The notes: generated from the sequence alone by a model not told the origin. A stretch of DNA of 64,000 nt from Candidatus Omnitrophota bacterium (GCA_030649895.1 JAUSEX010000026.1:16823-80822), one strand, 5' to 3'. Shown: positions 51,605 through 61,776, counted from the stretch's first letter. Program-made: numbers and translations.

Positions 51605-52558
51605 TTAATTCGCAAACTTTTTTATATCTTCCGAAGTTTCTATATTATAAACTGTTAACCCTGGATTTATCCTGCGCAATAAACCCTTAAGCACCTTTCC
51701 GGGCCCTATCTCTAAAAATGTATTACAGCCGGCCTGGCTGATTTTTATTACAGACTCCTCCCACTTTACAGGGCTATATAATTGCTTAACAAGGTTCTCT
51801 TTTATTTCTTCCGCTGTTTTTTCGTAATCAGCCGTTACATTGCTTACGATAGGAATCCCGGGATCTAAAAATTTTGTTTTATCCAGCTCTTTCTTGAGTT
51901 CCCCTGCTGAGTCTTTCATAAAAGAAGAATGAAAAGGCCCGCTTACATTTAAAAGAATAGCTTTTTTTGCGCCTTTTTGCTCAGCCAGGGCCATAGCCTT
52001 TTTTACAGATTCAGTTTTACCTGATATGACTATCTGTCCAGGGCAATTCAAATTAGCTATCTCAGCTCCGGTTTCCATGCAAACTTCACTAAGATCCTCT
52101 GCGGAAATTCCAAGTATTGATGCCATAGTGCCGGGATTATTATTAGCTGCCTGCTCCATCAATTTACCTCTCTGACTCACCAGCCTGACAGCTTCCGGAA
52201 ATTCCAATGCGCCGCTAGCAACTAAAGCGCTATATTCGCCAAGACTCAATCCCGCGCAACACGCTGGCTCAAGGCTGAAGGCTGGAGGCTCAACAAAAGC
52301 CCCTTCAGCCTTCAGCCTAGAGCCTAGAGCCCGCAATGCCGCAATGCTTGTCACAAAAATCGCGACCTGGCTATTTGCTGTCTGCGTCAACTCTTCAGCC
52401 GGGCCTTCAAAGCATAATTTTTTCAAATTCAAGCCAGGCAAAATCTCCTCTGCCTGGTCAAATATGTTTCTTGCCTCAGGGCTATTATCGTACAGATCCT
52501 TTCCCATGCCTACATATTGCGACCCCTGGCCTGGAAAAATATAACAAACCTTATCCAC
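51605..52558 (-). CDS. fabD: Malonyl-CoA:ACP transacylase
   Basis: FPGQGSQ, GLSLGEY, VSGPFHS, EIGPGKVL. Confidence 0.96.
   Translation of the reverse strand: MDKVCYIFPGQGSQYVGMGKDLYDNSPEARNIFDQAEEILPGLNLKKLCFEGPAEELTQTANSQVAIFVTSIAALRALGSRLKAEGAFVEPPAFSLEPACCAGLSLGEYSALVASGALEFPEAVRLVSQRGKLMEQAANNNPGTMASILGISAEDLSEVCMETGAEIANLNCPGQIVISGKTESVKKAMALAEQKGAKKAILLNVSGPFHSSFMKDSAGELKKELDKTKFLDPGIPIVSNVTADYEKTAEEIKENLVKQLYSPVKWEESVIKISQAGCNTFLEIGPGKVLKGLLRRINPGLTVYNIETSEDIKKFAN
52266..52332. repeat. Inverted heptamer arrays inserted in frame in fabD
   Basis: GGCTCAA-GGCTGAA-GGCTGGA-GGCT facing CCTTCAG-CCTTCAG-CCTAGAG-CCTAGAG. Confidence 0.8.
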
Positions 52559-52575
52559 CCTTCACCCCTGACCCT

Positions 52576-53556
52576 TCACCATTTAATCACCACGGCTCCA
52601 TACGTCAATCCTGATCCAAAGGCAACAAGCGCCACGTTATCGCCTTTTTTGATCCTTCCTTCTTTATTTGCCTCTGCCAGCGCAACTGCAGTTGAAGCCG
52701 ACGACATATTGCCATATTTCTCTATATTGAAAAAAATCTTTTTTTCGGGAAGCCCCATCTTCTTTGCGACTGCCATTAATATCCTTATATTCGCCTGATG
52801 CGGTATCAATAAATCTATTTCAGTGCATAATAAACCGGCCTTTGTGATAGCCTTATTAGCCGCGTCAGCCATTACTTTTACTGCTAGCTTAAACACCTCG
52901 TTGCCTTCCATTTTCAGAAAATGCAGCTTGTTTCTAACAGTCTCCTCTGTAGCGGGCATCCTTGAGCCTCCTGCAGGAAGTTTTAAAAGATTACTGCCTG
53001 AACCATCGCACCCTATAAAATAAGAAACAATCCGCCTATCCTTGCTTTTACCTATAATACACGCGCCTGCGCCGTCTCCAAACAATACGCACGTAGAGCG
53101 ATCTGTCCAATCCACAAGGTTTGTCATTTTTTCCGCGCCTATTACCAATACATTTTTATAAAGCCCGGAATCCACGAATTGCTTTGCTGTAACTATGCCG
53201 AATACAAAGCCAGAGCATGCGGCATTTATATCAAACGCAGCTGCATTAATAGCTCCTATCTTATCCTGTATAATACATGATGTCGACGGAAATGCCATAT
53301 CCCCCGTTACCGTAGCTACGATAATCAAATCTATGTCTTCAGGTTTCAAGCTTGCGTCTTTAATTGCGGCTTTAGCGGCCTCTGCCCCGAGATCGCTTGC
53401 AGCGAACTCTTTAGGCGCAATCCTTCTTTCTTTAATGCCGGTCCTTGTCATAATCCATTCATCGGAAGTATCCACCATTTTCTCAAGGTCTTTGTTTGTC
53501 ATTTTCCTGGCTGGTAGAAAACAACCTAATCCAAGTATGCCGGCCTGTTCCATCAT
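52576..53556 (-). CDS. fabH: 3-oxoacyl-ACP synthase III
   Basis: AACSGF, FGDGAGA, PHQAN, YGNMS; start after GGAG at 53553/53556. Confidence 0.97.
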   Translation of the reverse strand: MMEQAGILGLGCFLPARKMTNKDLEKMVDTSDEWIMTRTGIKERRIAPKEFAASDLGAEAAKAAIKDASLKPEDIDLIIVATVTGDMAFPSTSCIIQDKIGAINAAAFDINAACSGFVFGIVTAKQFVDSGLYKNVLVIGAEKMTNLVDWTDRSTCVLFGDGAGACIIGKSKDRRIVSYFIGCDGSGSNLLKLPAGGSRMPATEETVRNKLHFLKMEGNEVFKLAVKVMADAANKAITKAGLLCTEIDLLIPHQANIRILMAVAKKMGLPEKKIFFNIEKYGNMSSASTAVALAEANKEGRIKKGDNVALVAFGSGLTYGAVVIKW

Positions 53557-54554
53557 TGCTCCTTCCTGACAGCAATAGTTTCTACGATATGCTGGTTTAC
53601 GTTCTTGACTACTTCTTCTCCCGCCACCCTTATGGCGTTTTTTATGGCCTTGGGGCTTGAAGAACCATGCCCTATTATGCATACACCATTGACCCCAAGA
53701 AGCGGAGCCCCGCCATATTCAGCGTAATCTAACCTTTTTTTCATTGACATGAAAGCGTTTCTAGACAGCACAGCCCCTATCGCGGATAGAAAACTGCTCT
53801 TTAATTCTTTTTTAAGCATTTCTCCGAACGCATGAGCGACTGCTTCGGTGACCTTGAGAGCTACGTTGCCCACAAGACCGTCGCAAACAATTACATCGCA
53901 ATCTCCTATAAAAAAATCCCTTCCTTCCACATTACCTATAAAATTAAGCCCGGAAGATTCGAGGAGGCCGTAGGCCTCTTTCAAGAAACCAGTGCCTTTT
54001 GATTCTTCTTCGCCTACGTTTAAAAGCCCTACCCTTGGAGACTTTTTATTCAGGATATACTCTGAATAGGCGCTCGCCATAATGCCGTATTGTAAAAGAT
54101 GAGACGCCTTGGCGTCTATATTCGCGCCTCCGTCTATCATTACCATAGGGCCTTTAAGCGTAGGCATGACAATCCCTATGCCCGCTCTTTCTATTCCCTG
54201 AAGAAGCCTGCATTTAAGCGTAGCAGCGCAAACCATAGCTCCTGTATTTCCGGCGCTTACTATCGCGTCTACCTTTTTCTCTTTTGCAAGATTGCAAAGA
54301 ACAACTATAGACGAATCTTTTTTTCTTCTTACGCTCAAGACAGGCTGCTCATGCATGCCTATCAATTCAGAGGCGTGCTGTATTAATATATTAGAAGGAA
54401 CGGGCTTGTGTTTTTCCAGTTCTTTTTTTATTAGGCCCTCATCCCCTACCAATGTAATCTCATAACTAAATTCACGGGCTGCCAGCACGGCTCCTTCTAC
54501 GTCCGAAAACGGAGCGTTGTCAGAGCCCATGGCATCAAGAGCTATTTTAATCAT
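53553..54554 (-). CDS. plsX: Phosphate acyltransferase PlsX
   Basis: ALDAMGSD, SAGNTGA, LLNVGEE..KG, GGAPLLG, HGSS. Confidence 0.97.
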   Translation of the reverse strand: MIKIALDAMGSDNAPFSDVEGAVLAAREFSYEITLVGDEGLIKKELEKHKPVPSNILIQHASELIGMHEQPVLSVRRKKDSSIVVLCNLAKEKKVDAIVSAGNTGAMVCAATLKCRLLQGIERAGIGIVMPTLKGPMVMIDGGANIDAKASHLLQYGIMASAYSEYILNKKSPRVGLLNVGEEESKGTGFLKEAYGLLESSGLNFIGNVEGRDFFIGDCDVIVCDGLVGNVALKVTEAVAHAFGEMLKKELKSSFLSAIGAVLSRNAFMSMKKRLDYAEYGGAPLLGVNGVCIIGHGSSSPKAIKNAIRVAGEEVVKNVNQHIVETIAVRKEQ

Positions 54555-54595
54555 ATAAAACCCTCATTGTGCAACAATAAATGATAACTTAAAAA

Positions 54596-54796
54596 TTATT
54601 TTTTCTCTCTTTTCTTCTTCTCTTTAATCTGCATCACCTGCCTGCCTTTGTAATAACCGCATACGCTGCATACGCGGTGCGGCAGCTTTGGAGCTTTGCA
54701 ATTAGGGCACACAGCGATGCTCTGCACGTGAATCTTTTGAGAACCTCTCCTCTTTCCCTGCCTTGAGCTTGAGTGTCTTCGTTTTGGTAACGCCAT
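54596..54796 (-). CDS. rpmF: 50S ribosomal protein L32
   Basis: MALPKRRHS, CPNC..PHRVC..CGYY. Confidence 0.97.
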   Translation of the reverse strand: MALPKRRHSSSRQGKRRGSQKIHVQSIAVCPNCKAPKLPHRVCSVCGYYKGRQVMQIKEKKKREKK

Positions 54797-54815
54797 TTTA
54801 AACTCCTTGTCGTAT

Positions 54816-54882
54816 TGTTCGAGCGGCCCACCATTGTTTCTGCGGCGGGAAGACGAGAGCTTCTCGGCTTCGCTCGAAACAT
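54816..54882. repeat. REP-like doublet TGTTCGAGCG..TTCTCGGCTTCGCTCGAAACA
   Basis: Terminal TTCGAGCG/CGCTCGAA inverted pair; same family as 18964, 35823 and 33792. Confidence 0.75.
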
Positions 54883-54883
54883 A

Positions 54884-55291
54884 TTATTTACTACAATCGC
54901 ATTCCCCTGTGTTAAGATTCTGGCCGCAATTAGGGCAAAGCCCTTTGCATTCAACCTTGCATACAATCTTCATCGGATAATCCAGTATTATCTCCTGCCT
55001 TATCTCGTCGTCCAGCTCTACTATTTCCGCAGGTTTTACCTCCCGGATCAGGTTGAACTTTTTTTTAAAAACTCCTTCGAATTTACTGAGGCATTTATTG
55101 CACGTATATTCCACGGGCGCTTCCAGCGCGATATCTGCGAACATTTCAGCTCCGGCCTTTAAGATATTCGCCTTTATATCCACAGGCTTGACAAAGATTA
55201 TGCCTTCCGTATCTATTAAAAGCGCTTCCGGGTAGATCTTTTCAGTTAATTCTATCCCGCCTTCCGGTATTTTATCAACATATATCTTCAT
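54884..55291 (-). CDS. YceD/DUF177 protein
   Basis: CNKCL, P.K..C...CKGLCP.CG.NLN...C.C; upstream of rpmF. Confidence 0.92.
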   Translation of the reverse strand: MKIYVDKIPEGGIELTEKIYPEALLIDTEGIIFVKPVDIKANILKAGAEMFADIALEAPVEYTCNKCLSKFEGVFKKKFNLIREVKPAEIVELDDEIRQEIILDYPMKIVCKVECKGLCPNCGQNLNTGECDCSK

Positions 55292-55347
55292 AGTAAACGT
55301 ACGGAAAAAACGCAGAAACCAGCGTTGAGTTTCAGCGCAATTCCGTA

Positions 55348-56400
55348 TTATGTTTTGCGTATTTCCGCGATTTTATAGGTATCGCGGGCTATCATCAACT
55401 CTTCGTCAGTGGAAATCACAAGCGCCTTTGTATCTTTCGAAACAACGCCTTTACAGATTTTCTCGACAAGGCCCGGATTATTCTCGCCTATGCCGCCCGT
55501 GAAAATCACCGCATCGCATCCTGACATTACGCCCGCATAAGAACCTATATATTTTTTTATCCTGTAAATAAAAATATCCAGCGCCAATCCTGCTCTTTTA
55601 TTCTCAGCCTTTGCTTTCATAAGTTCGCGCATATCATTGCTTAGCCCGGAAACGCCTAAAAGCCCGCTTTTTTTATTGAGTATTTCCATAACGGCGTTTA
55701 CGCCTATGTTTTCTTTTTCCATTACGTACGGTATAATTGCCGGGTCCAGATCGCCGGAGCGCGTGCCCATCACAAGGCCTTCCAAAGGAGTAAATCCCAT
55801 GCTTGTGTCAATCGCTTTGCCGTTTTTGACAGCAGTTATGCTGCACCCGTTTCCAAGATGGCACGTGATAAGCCTCAGTCTGTTCAAAGGCCTTTTCAGC
55901 AAACAGGCTGCCCGCTCGGATACATATCTATGGCTGGTGCCGTGAAAACCGTATTTTCGAATCTTATATTTTTCATAAAACTTATAAGGAATTGCGTAAA
56001 TATACGCATGCTCGGGCATATCGTAATAAAATGCCGTATCGAATACAGCCACATGAGGTATACCTGAAAGTATTTTTCTGGATTCGCTTATAGTCAATAA
56101 GCCCGGTGGATTATGCAGCGGAGCCAGTTCAGTAAAATCCTCTATAGCCTTTATGACATTTTTATCTATTAAAACAGATTCGCTGAATTTATCCCCCCCA
56201 TGGACCACCCTGTGCCCCACAGCTTCTATTTTAGCGCCTATCTTACTTAATATAAAATCAATAGCCTCTTTATGGCCTGGGGTCTTTTCCCCTATCCGGT
56301 CTACGATGCCTTTATCCAAAAGCCTTTCTGACCGCTTCTGCGCATCAAAAAGTTTATATTTTATTGAAGAACTTCCGCTATTTAAAACAAGGATTTTCAT
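55348..56400 (-). CDS. ackA: Acetate kinase (short form)
   Basis: LNSGSSSIK, GHRVVHGG, LAPLHN, HLGNG, MGTRSGD, FTGGIGEN, TDEELMIA. Confidence 0.96.
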   Translation of the reverse strand: MKILVLNSGSSSIKYKLFDAQKRSERLLDKGIVDRIGEKTPGHKEAIDFILSKIGAKIEAVGHRVVHGGDKFSESVLIDKNVIKAIEDFTELAPLHNPPGLLTISESRKILSGIPHVAVFDTAFYYDMPEHAYIYAIPYKFYEKYKIRKYGFHGTSHRYVSERAACLLKRPLNRLRLITCHLGNGCSITAVKNGKAIDTSMGFTPLEGLVMGTRSGDLDPAIIPYVMEKENIGVNAVMEILNKKSGLLGVSGLSNDMRELMKAKAENKRAGLALDIFIYRIKKYIGSYAGVMSGCDAVIFTGGIGENNPGLVEKICKGVVSKDTKALVISTDEELMIARDTYKIAEIRKT

Positions 56401-57414
56401 TTAAACTAATAACCCGCCTTGCGCCCTGACAGCTGTTATCGCTACCGCGTCTATAATATCCTGCGAGTCGCAACCGCGCGATAAATCGCTGGCTGGTTTT
56501 TGAAGGCCCTGCAGAAGCGGCCCTATAGCGCGCGCTTTTGCAAGACGCTGTGTCAATTTATAGGAGATATTGCCCGCGTCCAAATTCGGGAATATAAAAA
56601 TATTCGCCCTGCCTTTAATCCTGGAATCAAGATCCTTTCTCCTGGCAATTTCCGGCACCACTGCGCAATCAACCTGTATCTCCCCGTCTATCAATAAATC
56701 CGGCTCTCTCTGCATAACTATCCTGGTAGCTTCCCGGACCTTTTCTATGCTTTTATTAATGCCGCCGCTTCCCTTTGTTGAATAGCTCAACATCGCAATC
56801 TTTGGCTTGTCTTCAAGCAGTATCTTTGCCATGCGGCCGCTTGATATTGCTATATCCGCCAGTTGTTCGGCAGTCGGATCAGGAACTATGCCCGCGTCAG
56901 CGTATATAAACACCCCGTTAGACCCGAACATCTTATCGTTAAGTATCAGAAGAGTTGAGCTTGAAACTGTCTTTATGTCCTCTGCCGGCCCGATACAGTA
57001 TATGGCAGCTTTTGCGACATCGCGGGTAATGGTAGCTGCCCCTGACACAGTACCGTCCGCGTCTCCTGCGCTAACCATGAGGCTAGCGTAAAAAACAGGG
57101 TTTTTAGTTATTATCTTTAAGGCGTCGTCTATGCTTACCTTTTTATTTTTACGCTTTTCGCAATATATAGCTGCATACCTGCCAAGATCTTTCGATATCC
57201 TATTGTCTATTATTTCGAGCCCCTTTAGATCTATGCCCTCTTTTTTAGCGATTTTATACGCCTCTTCAGGGTCGCCTATTAAAACAGGCGCTGCAATCCC
57301 TGATCTTAAAATGCCCTCGATAGCCTTTAAAACTCTTTCATCATGCGCCTCTGATAATAAAATTTTTTTCTTTAACTTTTTGGCGCGTTCATGTATCTTT
57401 TTCAAAAATTCCAT
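56401..57414 (-). CDS. pta: Phosphate acetyltransferase
   Basis: MLSYSTKGS, DGEIQVD, FPNLDAGNISYK, DLSRGC. Confidence 0.96.
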   Translation of the reverse strand: MEFLKKIHERAKKLKKKILLSEAHDERVLKAIEGILRSGIAAPVLIGDPEEAYKIAKKEGIDLKGLEIIDNRISKDLGRYAAIYCEKRKNKKVSIDDALKIITKNPVFYASLMVSAGDADGTVSGAATITRDVAKAAIYCIGPAEDIKTVSSSTLLILNDKMFGSNGVFIYADAGIVPDPTAEQLADIAISSGRMAKILLEDKPKIAMLSYSTKGSGGINKSIEKVREATRIVMQREPDLLIDGEIQVDCAVVPEIARRKDLDSRIKGRANIFIFPNLDAGNISYKLTQRLAKARAIGPLLQGLQKPASDLSRGCDSQDIIDAVAITAVRAQGGLLV

Positions 57415-57432
57415 AATCCCGCCCTTGTGACC

Positions 57433-57912
57433 CTACTTTAATTTTGATTTAATTGCTTTCTCGATAAATAAAGGCACAAAACCCTTCAAATTCGCCCCAA
57501 GGCTGGCAGCCTCTTTAATCAACTTCGACGAAAGGTAAGAATACGCCTCCGAAGGCATCATAAAAATCGTCTCAACGTCTTTGGAAAGCTTTCTGTTCGT
57601 AAGCGCCATCTGAAACTCATATTCAAAATCTGAAATCATCCTGAGGCCCCTGATAACAACTCTTAATTTTTTCCTTTTTACGTAATCCACCACAAGGCCC
57701 TGAAAATCATCCACTTCCACTCCTTTAATGCCTTTTGTGGCTTTTTTTAATAATTCCACCCTTTCAGCTACGCTAAAAAGAGGGTCTTTTTCGCTATTAT
57801 GGGCAACGGCCACAATAACCTTATCAAACACCTTAAGCGCCCTCTTTATTATATCAAGATGGCCGTATGTAACAGGGTCAAAGCTGCCGGGATATATAGC
57901 TGTATTTTTCAT
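57433..57912 (-). CDS. coaD: Phosphopantetheine adenylyltransferase
   Basis: YPGSFDPVTYGHLD, IRGLR..SDFEYE. Confidence 0.98.
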   Translation of the reverse strand: MKNTAIYPGSFDPVTYGHLDIIKRALKVFDKVIVAVAHNSEKDPLFSVAERVELLKKATKGIKGVEVDDFQGLVVDYVKRKKLRVVIRGLRMISDFEYEFQMALTNRKLSKDVETIFMMPSEAYSYLSSKLIKEAASLGANLKGFVPLFIEKAIKSKLK

Positions 57913-57982
57913 CCTTCGATTCCTTTCAGTCGCTCAGAATAACCCTGAACAAGTAAAGTCAAACTACTACAAGCCAAATGGG

Positions 57983-58555
57983 TCATTTTCTGAAAAACTC
58001 CAATAAAGTGTCGCCGTATTTAGAAGACCTGATTTTTTTGAAAATACCGGATTCCTCAGGAAGGCCCTCTTTTTTAAATACCTCTGCTATAACCAAAGCA
58101 TTGGGCGTTAGTATATCACAATTGGATAATCCTATCAAGGTATTTCTAGCCAGATCTGTGTGATAAGGCGGGTCAAAAAATACAATACCAAACAGATCTC
58201 CTGCAGGGAACGATTGCAGCCGCCCCCTGCCTGTTTGAAGCGTCTTTATGCCATCTATGCAGTCTTTACTATATATATCATATGAACTTTCAGGCGTTCC
58301 AAGCATGCCCAGATTCTTTTTTAAAACAGAAATGCAGTTTCGGCTACTGTCAATAAAAACAACTTTTTTTGCCCCTCTTGACAATGCCTCTATGCCCATA
58401 GCCCCGCTTCCGGAATAAAGGTCTAAAAAAACCGCCCCTTCGACGCGATTCTTCAGTATCTCAAACAAAGACTCCCTGACCTTGTCGGACGTCGGCCTGA
58501 TTCCTTTCGGCATTTCTATTATCCTGCCCTTGTATTCACCTGCTATTATTCTCAT
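57983..58555 (-). CDS. rsmD: 16S rRNA m2G966 methyltransferase
   Basis: MRIIAG, RPTSDKVRESLF, DLYSGSG, DPPY. Confidence 0.95.
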   Translation of the reverse strand: MRIIAGEYKGRIIEMPKGIRPTSDKVRESLFEILKNRVEGAVFLDLYSGSGAMGIEALSRGAKKVVFIDSSRNCISVLKKNLGMLGTPESSYDIYSKDCIDGIKTLQTGRGRLQSFPAGDLFGIVFFDPPYHTDLARNTLIGLSNCDILTPNALVIAEVFKKEGLPEESGIFKKIRSSKYGDTLLEFFRK

Positions 58556-58572
58556 AATTATATATTTTACCT

Positions 58573-58597
58573 CTTTCCGACTCCGTGAGTCGGAAAG
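58573..58597. repeat. Palindrome CTTTCCGACTC-CGT-GAGTCGGAAAG
   Basis: 19-nt core identical to 24887-24905. Confidence 0.8.
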
Positions 58598-58606
58598 GTT
58601 AAGTTT

Positions 58607-60676
58607 TTACCCAACTGAAGCCAATGCCAGGTCCTCTCTGCTAAACTTATTCAAAAGGCTTTCGCGAATCAGTCTGTTGTCAGGAGAGCGTAAAAATCTG
58701 TCCTTCTGAACCAGTTCAAACGCCTCTTTTCTAGCTGCTTCCAGCGCCTCTCTGTCCCTGACTATATTCGCAATCTTTAATTCAGGAAGGCCATGTTGTC
58801 TTGTGCCGAAAAATTCTCCGGGGCCCCTTATTTCAAGGTCAAATTCCGCTATTTTAAAACCGTCCTGGGTTTTAAGCATCGCGCTTATCCTCTGCTTAGC
58901 ATCGTCGGTCCTGGGTTGGCTTACTAAAACACAATAAGACAAGTGCTTTCCCCTGCCGATCCTGCCTCTCAGCTGATGCAGCTGGCTAAGCCCAAACCTT
59001 TCGGCGTGTTCTATGATCATAACCGACGCATTGCTGATATCCACTCCCACCTCTATAACTATAGTTGAAACCAGCATATTTATTTTTTGGTCTTTAAAAT
59101 CACGCATAACAGCTTCTTTTTCCCTGGATTTCATCCTCCCGTGCAAAAGCCCTATCTTTAAATCGGGAAAATTACCGCTGAGTTCTTTATGCATTTTTAT
59201 GGCTGCCCTCAAATCTGATTTTTCTGATTCATCTATTATTGGATAGACTATGTAAGCCTGCCTTCCTATATTTATCTCTTCTTCCGCTATTTTATATGCC
59301 TTTTCCCTGTTTTTTTCTTCGAAGAAAAATGTCTTTACCCCGCCTCTTCCTGGAGGCAATTCGTCTATCACTGAAACATCCATATCCCCGTAAACAGTCA
59401 GCGCCAGGGTCCTTGGTATCGGAGTAGCTGTCATTACAAGTATGTCAGGATTTTGCGACTTGGATTTCAGCATCGCCCTCTGCATCACTCCGAACTTATG
59501 CTGTTCGTCTATTATTGCAAGGCCTAATTTTTTAAAACTAACCCCTTCCTGAATAAGCGCGTGCGTTCCTATAATAATATCAGCCTCGCCTATTTCTATC
59601 ATATGGCGCCTGCGCCTGCGCTCCTCTTCTTTTAAATCTCCAGACAGGATCACTACTTTTACGCCAAGGTTTTCCACAAGCTCCTTTATGTTCCTATAAT
59701 GCTGCTCCGCAAGTATTTCCGTAGGCACCATAATCGCGCCCTGATAGCCGTTCTGGACAGTCAAAATAAGCGCATATAAAGCTACTACTGTTTTACCGCT
59801 TCCGACATCTCCCTGAAGAAGCCTGTTCATTGGTTCCAGGCTTTTCATGTCATCTTCTATTTCTTTTATCACCCTTGACTGACTTTTTGTAAGTTCAAAA
59901 GGTAAGATGGCTTTAAACCTACCTATTAGATCCCCATCCAATTTATGGCTACAGCCTGTCAGGTCAATTTTTACGCTCGCTCTTTTTAACGCAATCCCTG
60001 TCTGTAATATAAAAAATTCGTCAAATATAATCCTCTCTCTGGCTTTTTTTAAGACCAGCTCGCTTGCTGGAAAATGTATATTTCTCACAGCCTCTTTAAG
60101 GACAATCAGATCGTTTCTTCTGCGCATCTCAAAAGGCAGCATGTCTGTAATCCCGTCCGCATAATTATCCACTGTAAACTTTATAATATTCCTGAACCAC
60201 CGCTGATTAAGGTTTTCAGTAAGCGGATACACGGGGACAATCCTTCCTATATGGACAAAATCTTCTTCTGTGCCTGTCAAGATTTCGTATTCGGGACTAT
60301 TCATCTGAAGATAATTATATCTTTCCACCTTTCCGTACAAAATTAACTCCTGGCCTATTTTAAATTTGTCTTTCATGTACGGCTGATTAAACCATGTGGC
60401 GTGAATCACTCCAGTGGAATCCCCTACGGCCACTTGAAATATATTCATGCCTTTTTTTGACATACGGTCGCCAAAAGTAAGGACCTTTGCTTTTATTGTC
60501 TCGAAATTACCAGACCTCGTTTCTTTTATTTTTTTTATTCTACTCCTATCTTCATGCCTTCTTGGAAAACAGTAAAGAAGATCCTGGACAGTCTCTATGC
60601 CCAGCTTGTTCAACGTGCTAAGCCTGGAAGGCCCAACGCCTTTAATAAACCTTGCGGAAATATTAAGATCCTTCAT
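58607..60676 (-). CDS. recG: ATP-dependent DNA helicase RecG
   Basis: QGDVGSGKT, DEQH, MTATPIPRT, QLRGRIGRG, RGPGE. Confidence 0.98.
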   Translation of the reverse strand: MKDLNISARFIKGVGPSRLSTLNKLGIETVQDLLYCFPRRHEDRSRIKKIKETRSGNFETIKAKVLTFGDRMSKKGMNIFQVAVGDSTGVIHATWFNQPYMKDKFKIGQELILYGKVERYNYLQMNSPEYEILTGTEEDFVHIGRIVPVYPLTENLNQRWFRNIIKFTVDNYADGITDMLPFEMRRRNDLIVLKEAVRNIHFPASELVLKKARERIIFDEFFILQTGIALKRASVKIDLTGCSHKLDGDLIGRFKAILPFELTKSQSRVIKEIEDDMKSLEPMNRLLQGDVGSGKTVVALYALILTVQNGYQGAIMVPTEILAEQHYRNIKELVENLGVKVVILSGDLKEEERRRRRHMIEIGEADIIIGTHALIQEGVSFKKLGLAIIDEQHKFGVMQRAMLKSKSQNPDILVMTATPIPRTLALTVYGDMDVSVIDELPPGRGGVKTFFFEEKNREKAYKIAEEEINIGRQAYIVYPIIDESEKSDLRAAIKMHKELSGNFPDLKIGLLHGRMKSREKEAVMRDFKDQKINMLVSTIVIEVGVDISNASVMIIEHAERFGLSQLHQLRGRIGRGKHLSYCVLVSQPRTDDAKQRISAMLKTQDGFKIAEFDLEIRGPGEFFGTRQHGLPELKIANIVRDREALEAARKEAFELVQKDRFLRSPDNRLIRESLLNKFSREDLALASVG

Positions 60677-61626
60677 AGTCCTTTCAGATTATCTGTCCAT
60701 TCCGGTATGCGCTTACGCATTATAGTGCTCATAACCTGCCTGAATCCATTTTTTAGCCCTGCTTTTTCAGCCAGCCTTATTGCCTCCATGTATTCCCTGG
60801 CGGTAATCCTGCGGTCTATTTCTGGATATTTATCCGCCAGATAACCGGAATAATATTGCGCCATCACATTAACATATGTATCGGGCGATAACTCATTAGC
60901 GATAAACTCAAATACTTCCTGACTGCCAGCTAAATCCTCAGGCAACACAAGATGTCTTATTAAAAGACCTTTCTTCGCAATGCCTCTATCCATCTTTAAA
61001 TCGCCAACCTGCCTGTACATTTCCTTTACCGCTATTTTATTTATCTCAAAATAATCCGGCGCATTTGAATATTTTTTAGCAGAACTACTATCGGAATATT
61101 TCATATCAGGCATATAAATATCTATTATTCCGTCCAAAATCTCCAAAGCTTCTATCGATTCATACCCACCCGAGTTATAAACTAGAGGAATATTTAAACC
61201 CAATTCTTTTGCAATAAATACAGCTTTTAAAATCTGCGGCATATAATGAGCAGGCGTTACAAAATTTATGTTGTGGCAGCCTTCAGCCTGCAGTTTCAGC
61301 ATCATGCCAGCCAATTCCTCTACGCTTACTTCTTTGCCGCTACCAAGCTGGCTTATAGGATGATTCTGGCAGAATACGCACCTGAGGCTGCAATGTGTAA
61401 AAAATATAGTGCCTGAGCCGGATCTGCCAGAAATAGGCGGCTCTTCTCCGAAATGGGCGTGAAAACTCGAAACCATCGGCAATAATCCTGCCTTGCAAAA
61501 CCCTATCTGGCCCTTAAGCCTGTTCACCCCGCATTTCCTGGGGCAAATACAGCATTTTTCCATCAATTTATAAGCCTTCTTGATTCTTCCTTGCATAACC
61601 GCCTTAAAATTTTGCAATACTTTCAT
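60673..61626 (-). CDS. Radical SAM protein, PflX-like
   Basis: CCICPRKC, HFGEEPPISG..GSGTIFF..CSLRCVFCQN, IRHLVLP. Confidence 0.9.
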   Translation of the reverse strand: MKVLQNFKAVMQGRIKKAYKLMEKCCICPRKCGVNRLKGQIGFCKAGLLPMVSSFHAHFGEEPPISGRSGSGTIFFTHCSLRCVFCQNHPISQLGSGKEVSVEELAGMMLKLQAEGCHNINFVTPAHYMPQILKAVFIAKELGLNIPLVYNSGGYESIEALEILDGIIDIYMPDMKYSDSSSAKKYSNAPDYFEINKIAVKEMYRQVGDLKMDRGIAKKGLLIRHLVLPEDLAGSQEVFEFIANELSPDTYVNVMAQYYSGYLADKYPEIDRRITAREYMEAIRLAEKAGLKNGFRQVMSTIMRKRIPEWTDNLKGL

Positions 61627-61629
61627 AGG

Positions 61630-61765
61630 CCATAGACGCTTCGTAAGCGTAATAATTAAAAAACAGGCTGTAAACCGTAGCGGCCGGCGAAGCTTTTCTT
61701 AAAACCTGCCAGAGCCAGATACTGTAATATCTATTACCTGACTATTCAAATAATCCAATTATTCC
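61630..61765. repeat. Composite structured non-coding element (copy 2)
   Basis: Homologous to 42389-42602; occupies the 5' leader of the radical SAM gene. Confidence 0.8.
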
Positions 61766-61776
61766 TATCATTTTCC

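Noticed and set aside
52230-52256. FabD GLSLG instead of GHSLG as a sign of inactivation
   Set aside because: The catalytic Ser and the FHS His are intact, and GLSLG is a natural variant
53553-60676. recG-rsmD-coaD-pta-ackA-yceD-rpmF-plsX order as a novel operon
   Set aside because: Similar synteny is known from anaerobic bacteria such as clostridia
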